Assembly (NCBI GenBank): GCA_047639165.1
Contig: JBLINH010000001.1
Coordinates: forward strand, 6,054-70,053
Reading direction: 5' to 3'
From: Minisyncoccia bacterium
GTDB taxonomy: Bacteria > Patescibacteriota > Minisyncoccia > Phycocordibacterales > JAACPR01
Length of the DNA stretch: 64,000 nt
Under the pieces are notes generated by a model, which was given only the letters and a program-made list of their open reading frames with translations, did not search any database and was not told the origin of the DNA. Position 1 is the stretch's first letter, and each line of letters starts with the position of its first letter. The translations under genes were made by a program, and so were the position numbers. Of the stretch, positions 48,866 through 59,676 are shown piece after piece.

Positions 48866-49813
48866 CTATCTTAAGTAATAATCAATATTTTGTTTATGCC
48901 CATCGTAAGTAGCAGAACAATGAATGTTTCTTCTGGCATCGTGAAGATAGAATAAACAACTAGTATCAATTGGACTAAGTGCCGCTGCTACGGCTGATTT
49001 ACCGGGGTTTGCGATAGCTGTAGGAGGTAATCCTTTGTTTTGATATGTATTGTATGGAGATTCTAAATACTTATCCTTAGGATGGACTCTAGGCCACCAT
49101 AGTTCTTCATCCCCTTTTACATACTGGAGTGTTGCATCTAATTGAAGTGGCATTCCTTGTTCCAATCTATTCCAGATAATTCCAGATATTAATCTCATAT
49201 CATTTTTTCCTCCAGCTTCTCTTTGAATTAGAGATGCAATGGTTACTATCTTATTAACTTCAGAAGGATTATCTTTCCCTGAAACTTCTTCTATATAACT
49301 GTACAGTTCAGCATTCATCTCGTTTTTGATGACATTAACCCCTTCGTCTTTATGGATTGCATACTTACCTGGATGCAAGTATCCTTCACTTCCTATTAGA
49401 GAACAGAATGGAAATATTTTTGAGAATCTATCTACTTTCTCGTCATCCCAACTAAGAAGTTCTCCAACTTCTTTTGCAATTTCTTCTGTTCGAAGCCCTT
49501 CTTCAATATATACATATTTATATACAGGATCGATAAGTCTCGCATGTAGTGCAAGTGCTCCCATGCCTTCTTGAAGCTCAAAACCTCCAAGCGCATAGGT
49601 ATTGTTGAACTTAGCATTCAATGACAACATCCAGTATGAAAGTTTATTTTGAATGAATCCTTCCTCGTATAACTTATTTACAATTTCTTGCGATGTTAAT
49701 TCTTCATCGATAAAAACAACTTTACTAGGTTTGCTTTCATTGTGTGTGTAGAAAACAGAAAAAAATAAAACAAAAAGTAGTACCGGTACAAGAATTCTAG
49801 TTTTCCTATTCAT
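48866..49813 (-). CDS. mltG: Second MltG-family endolytic transglycosylase
   Basis: EGLR.EEI, ASLIQRE, LQLDATLQY, SPYNTY...GLPPT.I.NPG. Confidence 0.9.
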   Translation of the reverse strand: MNRKTRILVPVLLFVLFFSVFYTHNESKPSKVVFIDEELTSQEIVNKLYEEGFIQNKLSYWMLSLNAKFNNTYALGGFELQEGMGALALHARLIDPVYKYVYIEEGLRTEEIAKEVGELLSWDDEKVDRFSKIFPFCSLIGSEGYLHPGKYAIHKDEGVNVIKNEMNAELYSYIEEVSGKDNPSEVNKIVTIASLIQREAGGKNDMRLISGIIWNRLEQGMPLQLDATLQYVKGDEELWWPRVHPKDKYLESPYNTYQNKGLPPTAIANPGKSAVAAALSPIDTSCLFYLHDARRNIHCSATYDGHKQNIDYYLR

Positions 49814-49817
49814 ACCA

Positions 49818-50222
49818 CTATTCTAGCACCTCTTTTCTTATAAACGAGAGAGTTGTTCCGCGTGGTATATAAAGTAGTGTCATTTCTTCTTCACTGACTT
49901 CTTCTATTGCGTACAAGAATAGTGAACTATCTATGTTTGTATTTAGGAAATATTCGTATTCCTTATTGTAGTTAATCTCTGAATCTTCAGAATCTACACT
50001 TCTTGTAACTGACCATGTACCTTGAGTACTTAGTTCTTTGTATTTTTCAAACACAGACCCATAGTTTGTAAAGGTGACTATATAATCACTATCCTGAGTA
50101 CTTTCCCATGTCCCAATAACGTCCTCTTCTATTTTAATAGTTCCGTATATTATATACGTAATGTAACTAAGTATGAGTAGTATAAAAACTGATACTGTTA
50201 AAATCCAATATGGTTTCTTCAT
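49818..50222 (-). CDS. Membrane-anchored lipocalin-like hypothetical protein
   Basis: TM then IGTWES, G.W, L.L.Y. Confidence 0.7.
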   Translation of the reverse strand: MKKPYWILTVSVFILLILSYITYIIYGTIKIEEDVIGTWESTQDSDYIVTFTNYGSVFEKYKELSTQGTWSVTRSVDSEDSEINYNKEYEYFLNTNIDSSLFLYAIEEVSEEEMTLLYIPRGTTLSFIRKEVLE

Positions 50223-50298
50223 AATAAATATAATAACACATTAGATTGGTGAAAATACCAAACCTAAAGTAGAGGCAATCAATCCAACAATTCAACAG

Positions 50299-51590
50299 TG
50301 GTGGACCTAGGTATATTTGATTTTAACCAGATAGTGAAGGAGTTGAAGGTTTGGGGGAAGTTAAGTTTTTATGTAGACTCTCATATATTTTAAAAAGTAA
50401 ATATACTCCACCAAGACTTCGATATTTTTTCAACTTCAAAACTGCCCTTTTCAACAACAATAGTGTGTTTTATCTTCACGGGGATAAAACCAAATAATTT
50501 TGCTTTAGTTTTTCCACTCACAGTAAAGTTATAGTCATTTTCTTTTACGACATTTAAGCCTCTGGAGCTGAACTTTTCTTTCACTTTATCAGTTATGTAT
50601 TCTTTTCTCTCTTCTTCATTATCTGTTTCAAGTATTTTTTCTCTAGTATCTTCGATAAACTCCTTTTTTATATTTTCTATTGAAGGTCTAGTAGTATTAC
50701 TATTTACTTGGTTACTTACCGGTATAATTGGATTTTGATGAGGAGTACTCATACTCTCAACTTTAGTTACCTCAATTGTTTCAGTTTTATCGATACTATC
50801 CAATTCCTTAATTACTTTTACTACTTCCTTCTCTACATCTTCTTTAACATCTATGTCTTTAGAAATACTAACTTTTTCATAAGTAACCTCAACTTGACCA
50901 CAATCAACTGAGAATACCCATTCATTACCTGAGTATGCATCAACAGTTCGCTCGTATGTACCAGTATTGTTAAAAACTTGTGTGTAAGGCGCAGATTCAA
51001 TCTCTATATTTGGAGTTATTGTAAAATCATATAAATCTTTCTTTCCACCAAAATCAACCACCCAATCAACGCTTTCACCTACAAATACATCTCTGCCGGT
51101 TGGGTGACATTCAACCTCCTCCCCAGGCCATGGTTCTGGATCTGGTGTTTGTGCAGGTATGATTTCATACGCACCTATATAAATGTAGTCATCCGAGTAA
51201 GCTTCAATAGTATTACCATCTGATGTTTTTCCTACTATCTTAGTCTTAAACTTCAAACCACCCTCTAGAAAATCAGTGACCTCCCAATGCCAAAACTTAT
51301 ATAGAGCATTATAATCTTTCTTTATTAAATGTAGTTGCCCTGTCTCAACTGACTCTAGGTATATAGATAGAGTCTCTATACCCTCTTGTTCCCAATGTGC
51401 TGTAACATCTTCACCTACCTCAAAAACATCTCTTACTGGAAATATAACTTTTATATAAGGTTCGGCTTCAGCATTAACAAAAGAAACTGGCATTGCCAGT
51501 AATATAATTAAAAACAAAAAGATCTTTTTCATAAAATATATTATATATCTAAAGTGATATAAAAAGTAAATGATATTAACAGGTGGACCT
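50299..51590. mobile_element. Relic genomic islet integrated at the tRNA-Ala 3' end
   Basis: GGTGGACCT direct repeat at 50300-50308 and 51582-51590; the distal copy has the CCA end; no integrase remains. Confidence 0.55.
50390..51532 (-). CDS. Secreted beta-rich (Ig/PKD-like) hypothetical protein
   Basis: Signal peptide; I.V..P......G......W; C.P....V.VGESV.W; C-terminal KLFGFIPV...K.WWS. Confidence 0.75.
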   Translation of the reverse strand: MKKIFLFLIILLAMPVSFVNAEAEPYIKVIFPVRDVFEVGEDVTAHWEQEGIETLSIYLESVETGQLHLIKKDYNALYKFWHWEVTDFLEGGLKFKTKIVGKTSDGNTIEAYSDDYIYIGAYEIIPAQTPDPEPWPGEEVECHPTGRDVFVGESVDWVVDFGGKKDLYDFTITPNIEIESAPYTQVFNNTGTYERTVDAYSGNEWVFSVDCGQVEVTYEKVSISKDIDVKEDVEKEVVKVIKELDSIDKTETIEVTKVESMSTPHQNPIIPVSNQVNSNTTRPSIENIKKEFIEDTREKILETDNEEERKEYITDKVKEKFSSRGLNVVKENDYNFTVSGKTKAKLFGFIPVKIKHTIVVEKGSFEVEKISKSWWSIFTF

Positions 51591-51656
51591 GACAGGATTT
51601 GAACCCGCTACCTCCTCAGTGCAAATGAGGCGCTCTACCAATTGAGCTACAGGCCC
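51584..51656 (-). tRNA. tRNA-Ala(TGC)
   Basis: GGGCCTGTAGCTCAATTGGTAGAGCG CCTCA-TT-TGC-AC-TGAGG...GGTTCAAATCC...CAGGTCCA; G3:U70 pair; followed by CCT, not CCA. Confidence 0.97.
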
Positions 51657-51707
51657 TTGAATACAAGGACTAGAGTATTATACAATTCTAAGGTAAAAAA
51701 TCAATGA

Positions 51708-52661
51708 TTATCTCCCTGTTAGCTCAATTAGGTGATCTAGAAACTCACTGTAGTTTGAACCAACGGAATCAAGACTTGAAGGATATATTGATTCTTCATG
51801 CAGTGCAGGAAGTGCATTTGTCTCAAGTAGAAAAACTCCTCTGGTCGGATGGACGATGAAATCAGAGTTTGAATAATGTTTTAAGTCTAAAATCTCATGT
51901 GCCAATGAAGCTACTCTTGATAGCTCAGACTTCTCGTCTTCAGTGAATGACCCAGGGCAACTTTTTCTTATATCTCCGGTGTACTTACTTTCATAACTAA
52001 AAACTGCACCAGTTTTTTCAATTTCAACAGGCATTAGAGGATATGTGTCATGTCCTCTAAAACTTTCAATGACTCCTACACTGGCTTCTTTACCTCTAAT
52101 GTATTCTTCAATTATCAATTTATCATTATCAATTAGAAGTTCTTTTATTCCAGTCAGCAACGAATCAAAATCATATGCGAAATGTATTCCAAGTGATGAT
52201 CCACTATTAACTGGTTTTAATATTACAGGAAGAGGCATACTTCTAAACACCTCCACTGCCATTACTTCAGGGTTCATACCTGGGAGGTTGTTTAGCTGCT
52301 TTGCATAGGGAGTTTGAATTCCGTGTTCAGAAAATAGTTTTTTAGATTGAGTCTTATTTAGTGAAAGTCCATTGGCAAGAGCTCCTGATCCTGTGTATCT
52401 TATATCAAAAGACTCCAGAAATCTTTGAATTTTACTACACTCGCCGTGCAGTGCATTGAAAACCATAAGAGCTTCGCTAAAAGCTTCTTTGGCTACTACT
52501 CTGTTTCCATTCTTGAACCAATTCCCTTCTCTATCCAATACAATATCATCCACATGATACTTTTGATCAAGTGCTTTTAGAACATATCCCCCAGATTTGA
52601 GAGATATGTCATGTAAATTATCAGTACCACCCCTGAGTACAGCGATTTTATTACGCAACAT
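51708..52661 (-). CDS. ddl: D-Ala--D-Ala ligase-like ATP-grasp protein with altered active site
   Basis: IAVL.GG, ALHG, KP...GSS.G, EEYI.G.E, YESKY, LETN.LP. Confidence 0.85.
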   Translation of the reverse strand: MLRNKIAVLRGGTDNLHDISLKSGGYVLKALDQKYHVDDIVLDREGNWFKNGNRVVAKEAFSEALMVFNALHGECSKIQRFLESFDIRYTGSGALANGLSLNKTQSKKLFSEHGIQTPYAKQLNNLPGMNPEVMAVEVFRSMPLPVILKPVNSGSSLGIHFAYDFDSLLTGIKELLIDNDKLIIEEYIRGKEASVGVIESFRGHDTYPLMPVEIEKTGAVFSYESKYTGDIRKSCPGSFTEDEKSELSRVASLAHEILDLKHYSNSDFIVHPTRGVFLLETNALPALHEESIYPSSLDSVGSNYSEFLDHLIELTGR

Positions 52662-52680
52662 ATGAATATATGATACCAGA

Positions 52681-53853
52681 TTATTTAAGTTTCTTCCTGT
52701 GAGTTTTACGATAGAAAGAAATTGCAAACCTATGAGCTTCACTGTTAGCTATTAGGACATCCCTCTCATGCTTCCCTATAACTCCTAAAAACTTCTCAGG
52801 CTTATGTTTATCATTCTTTACAACAGATACAACTGGTATATTAAATTCGTTTTCTTTCAAGACCTTTAGAGCTCTATTTCTTTGACCAACACCACCATCG
52901 ACAACTATTAGGTTAGGATATGGCCATTCCGGATGTTTCAGCCTTCTTCTAAGAATCTCTTCAAGAGCCCCAACATCATCTCCTTTTTTAGCTTTCCTTA
53001 GGATGAACTTCCTGTAGTCGGATTTTTTAACCTCACTATCTTCAACCACGGTCATTACTCCAACGGAACTAGTTCCTTGCAGATGAGCTACATCATAGCT
53101 TTCGATTCTGAAATCAATACTGGCTTTTATATTCTCATCTTTGATTAGGGAGACATCTCTAATGTGGTTTAAGGCAAAGATTTTTCTTTTTAAAGAAGAG
53201 GCTTTTTCAAATTCCTTCTCTTTGGCAAGAGTCATCATTTCTTTTTCAAGACTTTGAATTATCTTTTTCTTTTTACCTTGAAAGAAAAGTTTTATATGTC
53301 GTATATTATTTAAATATTCTTTCTTTGTTATCTCACCTGGCTCGAATCCAATTTGTTCGTACAATTTGGAAGACTTCTTCTCTCCATAGAAAGGAAAAAT
53401 CTTCCTGACAATTTTCAAGGCTTCTTCTAATTGTGTTTTGGAAGAGAAAGGTCCGAAGATTGCTAAATACTTTTTATCTTCAAACTCCATGTTTCTTTCT
53501 CTTTTCACCACAACTTTAGGAAGGTCATCTTTTGTGATGAGAACATAGTTAAAACTTTTGTTGTCTTTCTCTATCGAATTATATTTTGGTTGGTGCTTCT
53601 TTATCAGTTCCGCTTCTAGTATTAAAGCTTCTAGAACAGAATCGGTTTCCTGAACTTCTATATCGTTTGATATTGTAACCATATCTACAATCCTAGAACT
53701 TCTAGTGTTTATGAGGTCATTTGCGAAATAGCTCTTGGTTCTATCCTTAAGAGATGTGGCCTTACCTATGTATAGTATTTCTTTATCTTTTTTAAAGAAA
53801 TACACACCTGGAGAATCAGGTAATTTTTTGTTTTTTAAGTAGGATAGTTCCAT
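52681..53853 (-). CDS. uvrC: Excinuclease ABC subunit C, short form
   Basis: GIY-YIG (PGVY, YIGKA), UVR domain, RIE.YD..H..G, P.L.VVDGG.GQ, EAHRFAI; no HhH tail. Confidence 0.9.
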   Translation of the reverse strand: MELSYLKNKKLPDSPGVYFFKKDKEILYIGKATSLKDRTKSYFANDLINTRSSRIVDMVTISNDIEVQETDSVLEALILEAELIKKHQPKYNSIEKDNKSFNYVLITKDDLPKVVVKRERNMEFEDKKYLAIFGPFSSKTQLEEALKIVRKIFPFYGEKKSSKLYEQIGFEPGEITKKEYLNNIRHIKLFFQGKKKKIIQSLEKEMMTLAKEKEFEKASSLKRKIFALNHIRDVSLIKDENIKASIDFRIESYDVAHLQGTSSVGVMTVVEDSEVKKSDYRKFILRKAKKGDDVGALEEILRRRLKHPEWPYPNLIVVDGGVGQRNRALKVLKENEFNIPVVSVVKNDKHKPEKFLGVIGKHERDVLIANSEAHRFAISFYRKTHRKKLK

Positions 53854-53919
53854 ATGTTCTTTATATCACAAGAATAGATAATCTTGCAATTTTTATATAT
53901 TGTGGTATAGTACATACAG

Positions 53920-54138
53920 ATGAAAAGATATCCAGTAATAGTGAGCAAAGGTCAACTTCTTTATAGGAGTCCAGATTGTAACAAGACTGTTGCAGTTTTG
54001 ATCCTACATGCATTAGTGATACTTGCCTTCGTGCCACTATCTTCAAAATTCTCACCAAACCAGAAGGAATTGAAACCAGCTACCCCACCACCCGTCAAGG
54101 TGGTGGAAGAAGCTAAAATAACTTCTGTGTCGAGGTAA
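53920..54138 (+). CDS. Small orphan TM protein antisense between uvrA and uvrC
   Basis: TG-G-TATAGT 8 nt before ATG; bidirectional hairpin at 54158-54195. Confidence 0.55.
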   Translation: MKRYPVIVSKGQLLYRSPDCNKTVAVLILHALVILAFVPLSSKFSPNQKELKPATPPPVKVVEEAKITSVSR

Positions 54139-54196
54139 AGATTTATATCTTTACCTAGAAACCACTCGTCACTTTGTGCACGAGTGGTTTTCTCTT

Positions 54197-56791
54197 TTAT
54201 TTCTTTAAATACTTCTTCAAGTAATTTCCAGTGTACGACTCCTTAACTTGAGCAACTTGTTCAGGTGTTCCCTTTGCTACGATGTTTCCACCCTTTTCTC
54301 CCCCTTCAGGTCCGATATCTATAACATAATCAGCAGACTTGATAATATCCATACTGTGCTCGATGATAATTACAGTATTTCCCTTATCAACCAGTTTCTG
54401 AAGAATTTCGATAAGTTTAATAACGTCCTCGTAGTGTAAACCAATTGTTGGTTCATCTAAGATATACACTGTTTTTTGTAAGTGAGATCTATACAACTCT
54501 GATGATATTTTAACTCTCTGTGCCTCTCCACCTGAAAGTGTAGTTGCTGATTGTCCAAGCTCCAGATATCCAAGACCCACTTCGTTTAGAGTTTTCAGTC
54601 TGTCTGAGATTGATGGTATATCGATAAAGAATTTAAGTGCGTCTTCAACTGTCATATTCAAAACATCATGAATATTTTTATTTTTGTACTTAACCTCCAA
54701 AGTTTCTTTCATAAATCTCTTTCCCATACAAACTTCACAAGGAACATATACAGTTGGAAGAAAGTGCATTTCAACAGCTATCTGTCCGTTTCCTTGGCAA
54801 GCTTCACATCTTCCACCTTTAACATTGAAAGAGAACCTTCCAGATTTCCATCCTCTGTATCTTGCTTCTTCAGTTTCAGCAAACATATCTCTGATATGTG
54901 TCCACGCTCCAGTATATGTAGCAGGGTTTGATCTAGGAGTTCTACCGATAGCCGATTGATTTATAAGGATTGACCTCCCAGCGTACTCAGTACCGGTAAA
55001 TTCTTTACAGTTATACAGATCATTAGTTCTGTATTTTCTATCGAATCGAGCTCTAAGGTTTTTGTTTAAGATCTCGTATACAAAAGATGACTTTCCAGAT
55101 CCAGATACTCCAGTAACAGCTACCAGTTTACCGAGAGGAATATCAACATTCATATTTTTTATATTAAAAATATTTCCACCCTTAATTCTAATCTTTCCTT
55201 TATTTTCATCCCTTCTTTTCTTTGGGATAGGGATCACCTTATCACCTCGAAGATAATCTAGTGTTACAGACCCTGAAGGATTTGTTTTTGCTGTAAGGAG
55301 TTTTTCTAATTCCCCAGCCACTACAACTTCCCCGCCATGATTTCCAGCTCCTGGTCCAATATCAACAATATAGTCTGATGCGAAGATAGTATCTTCGTCA
55401 TGTTCCACTACTATTATAGTATTTCCTAAATCACGAAGCTCAAGAAGAGTTTTGATCAGCCGATCATTATCTCTCGAGTGTAAACCAATTGTTGGTTCAT
55501 CAAGTACATAAAGTGCACCAACCAAACCTGATCCTAGTTGACTAGCTAATCTAATTCTTTGAGCTTCTCCACCAGAGAGAGTGTGAGCCTTTCTGTTTAG
55601 TCCTAGGTATTCAATACCAACATTATCCATGAAGTTAAGTCTGGCTTCTATTTCTTTTATAACAACTTTTGCAATTTCTTTCTCCACTTTAGAAAGTTTT
55701 AGTTTTGAGAAAAACATAAGAGCCTTACTAATAGACATAGCCGAAAGAAGTACTATATTGATCTTCTCTTTAGAATCTCCTAAATACACACTAAGTGCTT
55801 CAGCTCTTAATCTATCTCCATTACACTTCTTACAAACTTCATCCCCAAAGAAATGTCTTGTTCCAAGACCATTACATTCATCACATGCTCCGTGAGGTGA
55901 GTTAAATGAGAACAGTCTTGGTTCTATTTCTGGAAATGAGAACCCATCGTATGGACACATGAATTTAGATGACATTAGTTTCTCTTCCTCAAAAGCTACT
56001 ATCTTAATCAAGCCTTCTGTTTCATCAAGGGTTTTTTCGATAGCTTCACTCAGTCTTTCTTTTGTATCATCACTTCCTGATTTTACCTCACTAACAAAAA
56101 ACTCATCGATGAGGATATCAATATCGTGTTTTTTATTCTTAGCAAGTTCTATCCTGTCCCGTAGTTTTATTTCTTTTCCATCAATTCTTGCTTTCTCATA
56201 TCCTTTTCCAAGATAGTCGTATAGTAACTGATAGTATTCCCCCTTTCTTCCAACAACTACAGGAGCAAATATTTTTACTTTCAAATCGTTTATCTTTACA
56301 CCCATAACATCCTTATCAATTTTTTTTGTATCAATATCCTTCACTGCCTTTATGACAGTCCGCAGAATTTCCTCATTAGATAGTTTTTTTATCTCTCTCC
56401 CGCACTCTAAACAGTGAGGCTTACCAACTCTGGCAAAAAGTATTCGAAGGTAATCATATATTTCTGTAATAGTGGCAACTGTTGATCTAGGGTTATTTGA
56501 TCTTGATTTCTGATCTATTGAAATGGCAGGGGAAAGACCTGTGATCTCATCAACATCAGGTTTTTGCATTTGTTTAAGGAATTGTCTGGCATATGCAGAA
56601 AGAGATTCAACATATCTTCTTTGTCCTTCAGCGAAGATAGTATCAAAAGCTAATGATGATTTTCCAGATCCAGATAGACCAGTGAAAACTACCATTTTGT
56701 CTCGTGGCATTTCTAAGTCTATATTCTTTAGATTATGGGTTCTTGCGCCCTTAACCACTATTTTGTCTTTGTCTTCTTTTTTACTTTCCAT
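54197..56791 (-). CDS. uvrA: Excinuclease ABC subunit A
   Basis: [24 protein letters not shown], two LSGGEAQR signatures, zinc-finger Cys. Confidence 0.99.
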   Translation of the reverse strand: MESKKEDKDKIVVKGARTHNLKNIDLEMPRDKMVVFTGLSGSGKSSLAFDTIFAEGQRRYVESLSAYARQFLKQMQKPDVDEITGLSPAISIDQKSRSNNPRSTVATITEIYDYLRILFARVGKPHCLECGREIKKLSNEEILRTVIKAVKDIDTKKIDKDVMGVKINDLKVKIFAPVVVGRKGEYYQLLYDYLGKGYEKARIDGKEIKLRDRIELAKNKKHDIDILIDEFFVSEVKSGSDDTKERLSEAIEKTLDETEGLIKIVAFEEEKLMSSKFMCPYDGFSFPEIEPRLFSFNSPHGACDECNGLGTRHFFGDEVCKKCNGDRLRAEALSVYLGDSKEKINIVLLSAMSISKALMFFSKLKLSKVEKEIAKVVIKEIEARLNFMDNVGIEYLGLNRKAHTLSGGEAQRIRLASQLGSGLVGALYVLDEPTIGLHSRDNDRLIKTLLELRDLGNTIIVVEHDEDTIFASDYIVDIGPGAGNHGGEVVVAGELEKLLTAKTNPSGSVTLDYLRGDKVIPIPKKRRDENKGKIRIKGGNIFNIKNMNVDIPLGKLVAVTGVSGSGKSSFVYEILNKNLRARFDRKYRTNDLYNCKEFTGTEYAGRSILINQSAIGRTPRSNPATYTGAWTHIRDMFAETEEARYRGWKSGRFSFNVKGGRCEACQGNGQIAVEMHFLPTVYVPCEVCMGKRFMKETLEVKYKNKNIHDVLNMTVEDALKFFIDIPSISDRLKTLNEVGLGYLELGQSATTLSGGEAQRVKISSELYRSHLQKTVYILDEPTIGLHYEDVIKLIEILQKLVDKGNTVIIIEHSMDIIKSADYVIDIGPEGGEKGGNIVAKGTPEQVAQVKESYTGNYLKKYLKK

Positions 56792-56915
56792 AGAGTATTC
56801 CCTATGCATGGTGGCACAGAGTTTAATTATCTTATATGTAGAGGACATCTTAGCAGAAAAGTCAAAGCCCCGCCACTAATGTGACGGGGCTGAAATATTA
56901 TCGTGTAACTAACCT

Positions 56916-57539
56916 TTAGGCAGCTACATCTGTTTTAAAACCAAGAACTTTTTTTGCTTGAAGAAAAGTCTCGTCTGCTTTTCCCTCAGAAGAAATTTGA
57001 AAAATCTTATAACCTATTTTTCTTAAATTTTCTCTAATTCCTTTAATCTCTTCTTTGTAGAATGTGAGAGCTTTTGTAGTCGCTTCTACAGAAAGATCAT
57101 TTCTTCTTTTTCTGCTGCGATCATTCATAATTCGATCGAAACATTCTTTTTCATTCAAAGCCACCTCGATGATAGCCACATTCGAACATCCAAGCTCTTC
57201 TTCACCAAAACTAATATGTTTAAGTAAATTTGTCAGCTCTGAGGCTTGATTCTCATTTCTCGGAAAACCTTCTAGAGCAAGTCCTCCGTATTTTGCATCT
57301 CTAACTTTTGTCAGAATATCATCTTTAGTGATTTTCATGGTGACATTATCCGGGATGAGAATCCTTTTGGATAATCCTTCTGAATATTCATCCCTAAATT
57401 TTTCGCATTTTTTTAACTTTTCTCTGCAAATATCACCCACACCTGCGTGGTAGAAACTAGAAAGAGAAGCTATCTTTTTAGCAAGGCTACTCTTACCAGA
57501 ACCTACAGGTCCAATCACTACAATCCCACTATACTTCAT
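56916..57539 (-). CDS. Divergent adenylate-kinase-family NMP kinase
   Basis: GPVGSGKS, G.GD..R, EGFPRN..QA, short lid R.....RND; AAGGAG upstream; hairpin at 56864-56890 after it. Confidence 0.85.
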   Translation of the reverse strand: MKYSGIVVIGPVGSGKSSLAKKIASLSSFYHAGVGDICREKLKKCEKFRDEYSEGLSKRILIPDNVTMKITKDDILTKVRDAKYGGLALEGFPRNENQASELTNLLKHISFGEEELGCSNVAIIEVALNEKECFDRIMNDRSRKRRNDLSVEATTKALTFYKEEIKGIRENLRKIGYKIFQISSEGKADETFLQAKKVLGFKTDVAA

Positions 57540-57626
57540 TGTGTTTTCTCCTTTATTTTTGGTTTTTATCTAAATGAACTAACGATCAATCAACTCATAA
57601 TATATACCTCTCACAAAAAAATTCAA

Positions 57627-59639
57627 CTATTTCTTTCTCATCTCCTCCAGAATCTTTATCTCATCACGAAGTATAGCTGCTGTTTCAAAATCTAATATCT
57701 TCACAGATCCCTCCATTTGTTTTTCTTTTTGTCGTATTAATTTATCTGGATTCTTTTTAAGTAGTTTAGCGTCTATCTTTAATAGCCTACTAACAGTCTT
57801 CTCATGATCTGTTTGCATTGTTTCAGTAATATCTCTAATCGCTTTTGAAATAGTTTTAGGAGTAATTCCATGTTTCTCATTATATTCCATCTGAATACCT
57901 CGTCTTCTATTTGTTTCGTCTATCGCGTACTCCATTGCTTTTGTCATTCCATCCGCATACAGAATTACACGCCCTTCAACGTTTCTAGCAGCTCTACCGA
58001 TTGTTTGTATAAGTGCGGTTTCTGATCTAAGAAAACCTGCTTTGTCTGCATCTAGTATTCCAATCAATGTAACTTCTGGCATATCTAAACCTTCTCGGAG
58101 TAAGTTAACTCCTACTAATATATCAAACTCTCCTTTTCTAAAAGCTGAAATTATTTCAACTCTTTCAATGGTTTTAATATCACTGTGTATATATTTTGCT
58201 TTTATTCCTTTCTCATCCAAATATTCAGAAAGATCCTCTGCCATTTTCTTTGTAAGTGTCGTCGCAAGTACTCGACCACCTTTTTTGATCTCCTTTAGAG
58301 ACTGTGTTATGAAATCATTTACTTGTCCTTTGTAACTACCTTTTTCAGTTATTGGTTTTACCTCGAGTTTTGGATCAAGTAATCCTGTTGGTCTGATAAT
58401 TTGTCGCGCGATACTTGTACTAACTTCCCCTTCGTATTTACCTGGTGTAGCTGATGTATATATTGTTTGACCAATTCTTTTTTGAAACTCATCAAATTTC
58501 AGAGGTCTGTTGTCTTTAGCACTTGGAAGTCTGAAGCCGTGTTCAACCAAAGTTTGTTTTCTTGAAGCATCTCCTGCATACATTCCGTTTAATTGTGGAA
58601 CTGTTACGTGAGATTCATCTATTACGGTAAGAAAATCAGGTGACCCATCCTTCTTATGTGGAAAATATTCTAAAAGTGTACTTGGGGCTTCTCCAGCTTT
58701 TGCTCTAGAGAAATGTCTTGAGTAGTTCTCAATTCCATTACAATATCCAACCTCTTTTATTAGAGCTAGATCATAACTTGTTCTTCTTTTCAGTCTTTCT
58801 GCTTCCAAAAGCTTTCCTTCCTTTTCAAAAGTCTTCAATTGTTCTTTCAATTCACTTTGGATTGTTTTTACAGCTGCCTTCTTATCTTCCTCATCAGTGA
58901 TGAAATGCTTAGCTGGGAATATGAAAGTAGTTTCCAATTCCTCTATAATTGTTCTATTAACTGCATCTATCTTTGTGATACTTGAAATTGTATCTCCTTC
59001 AAAGATAAAACGAAGGATAAATCTTTCAGACACAGGCATTACTTCAATTGAATTTCCAATAGCTCTCAATGTCCCTGGATTTAGATCAGCATTAGTTCTT
59101 TGGAAGTGGATCCTAACAAGACTTCTAACAAACTCGCTTCGTGAAATCTTTTCTCCTTTCTTTACCTTTAGGTTTACCTTCTCGTATTGCTCTGGTGAAC
59201 CAAGACCATATATACAAGAAACAGAAGCGACGATAATAACATCCTTTCTTGAGAGAAGAGCTTGAGTTGAAGCATGTCTTAATCTGTCTATTTCTTCATT
59301 GATCTGTGCCTCTTTCTCTATATATGTATCAGTCACAGGCATATATGCCTCTGGTTGATAGTAATCATAGTATGAGACAAAGTAATGCACGGCATTATCA
59401 GGAAAAAATTCCGTATACTCTTGAGCTAGCTGAGCAGCTAAAGTTTTGTTGTGTGCGATGACAAGTGTTGGTTTTCCAACCTTTTCTATTATATTCGCCG
59501 CTGTATATGTCTTACCACTCCCGGTAACACCTAAAAGGGTGACATGGTCTTCACCATTCTCAATACCTTTCATCAGGGTTTTGATGGCCGTTGGCTGATC
59601 TCCAGAAGGAGAATATGGGGCTTTTAGTTTGAATTTCAT
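57627..59639 (-). CDS. uvrB: Excinuclease ABC subunit B
   Basis: GVTGSGKT, HNKTLAAQL, YYDYYQPEAY, DESH, NLLREGLD.PEV. Confidence 0.99.
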   Translation of the reverse strand: MKFKLKAPYSPSGDQPTAIKTLMKGIENGEDHVTLLGVTGSGKTYTAANIIEKVGKPTLVIAHNKTLAAQLAQEYTEFFPDNAVHYFVSYYDYYQPEAYMPVTDTYIEKEAQINEEIDRLRHASTQALLSRKDVIIVASVSCIYGLGSPEQYEKVNLKVKKGEKISRSEFVRSLVRIHFQRTNADLNPGTLRAIGNSIEVMPVSERFILRFIFEGDTISSITKIDAVNRTIIEELETTFIFPAKHFITDEEDKKAAVKTIQSELKEQLKTFEKEGKLLEAERLKRRTSYDLALIKEVGYCNGIENYSRHFSRAKAGEAPSTLLEYFPHKKDGSPDFLTVIDESHVTVPQLNGMYAGDASRKQTLVEHGFRLPSAKDNRPLKFDEFQKRIGQTIYTSATPGKYEGEVSTSIARQIIRPTGLLDPKLEVKPITEKGSYKGQVNDFITQSLKEIKKGGRVLATTLTKKMAEDLSEYLDEKGIKAKYIHSDIKTIERVEIISAFRKGEFDILVGVNLLREGLDMPEVTLIGILDADKAGFLRSETALIQTIGRAARNVEGRVILYADGMTKAMEYAIDETNRRRGIQMEYNEKHGITPKTISKAIRDITETMQTDHEKTVSRLLKIDAKLLKKNPDKLIRQKEKQMEGSVKILDFETAAILRDEIKILEEMRKK

Positions 59640-59676
59640 CAGTTTAAAGTACCATTGAAATTACATTATGGAAAGG

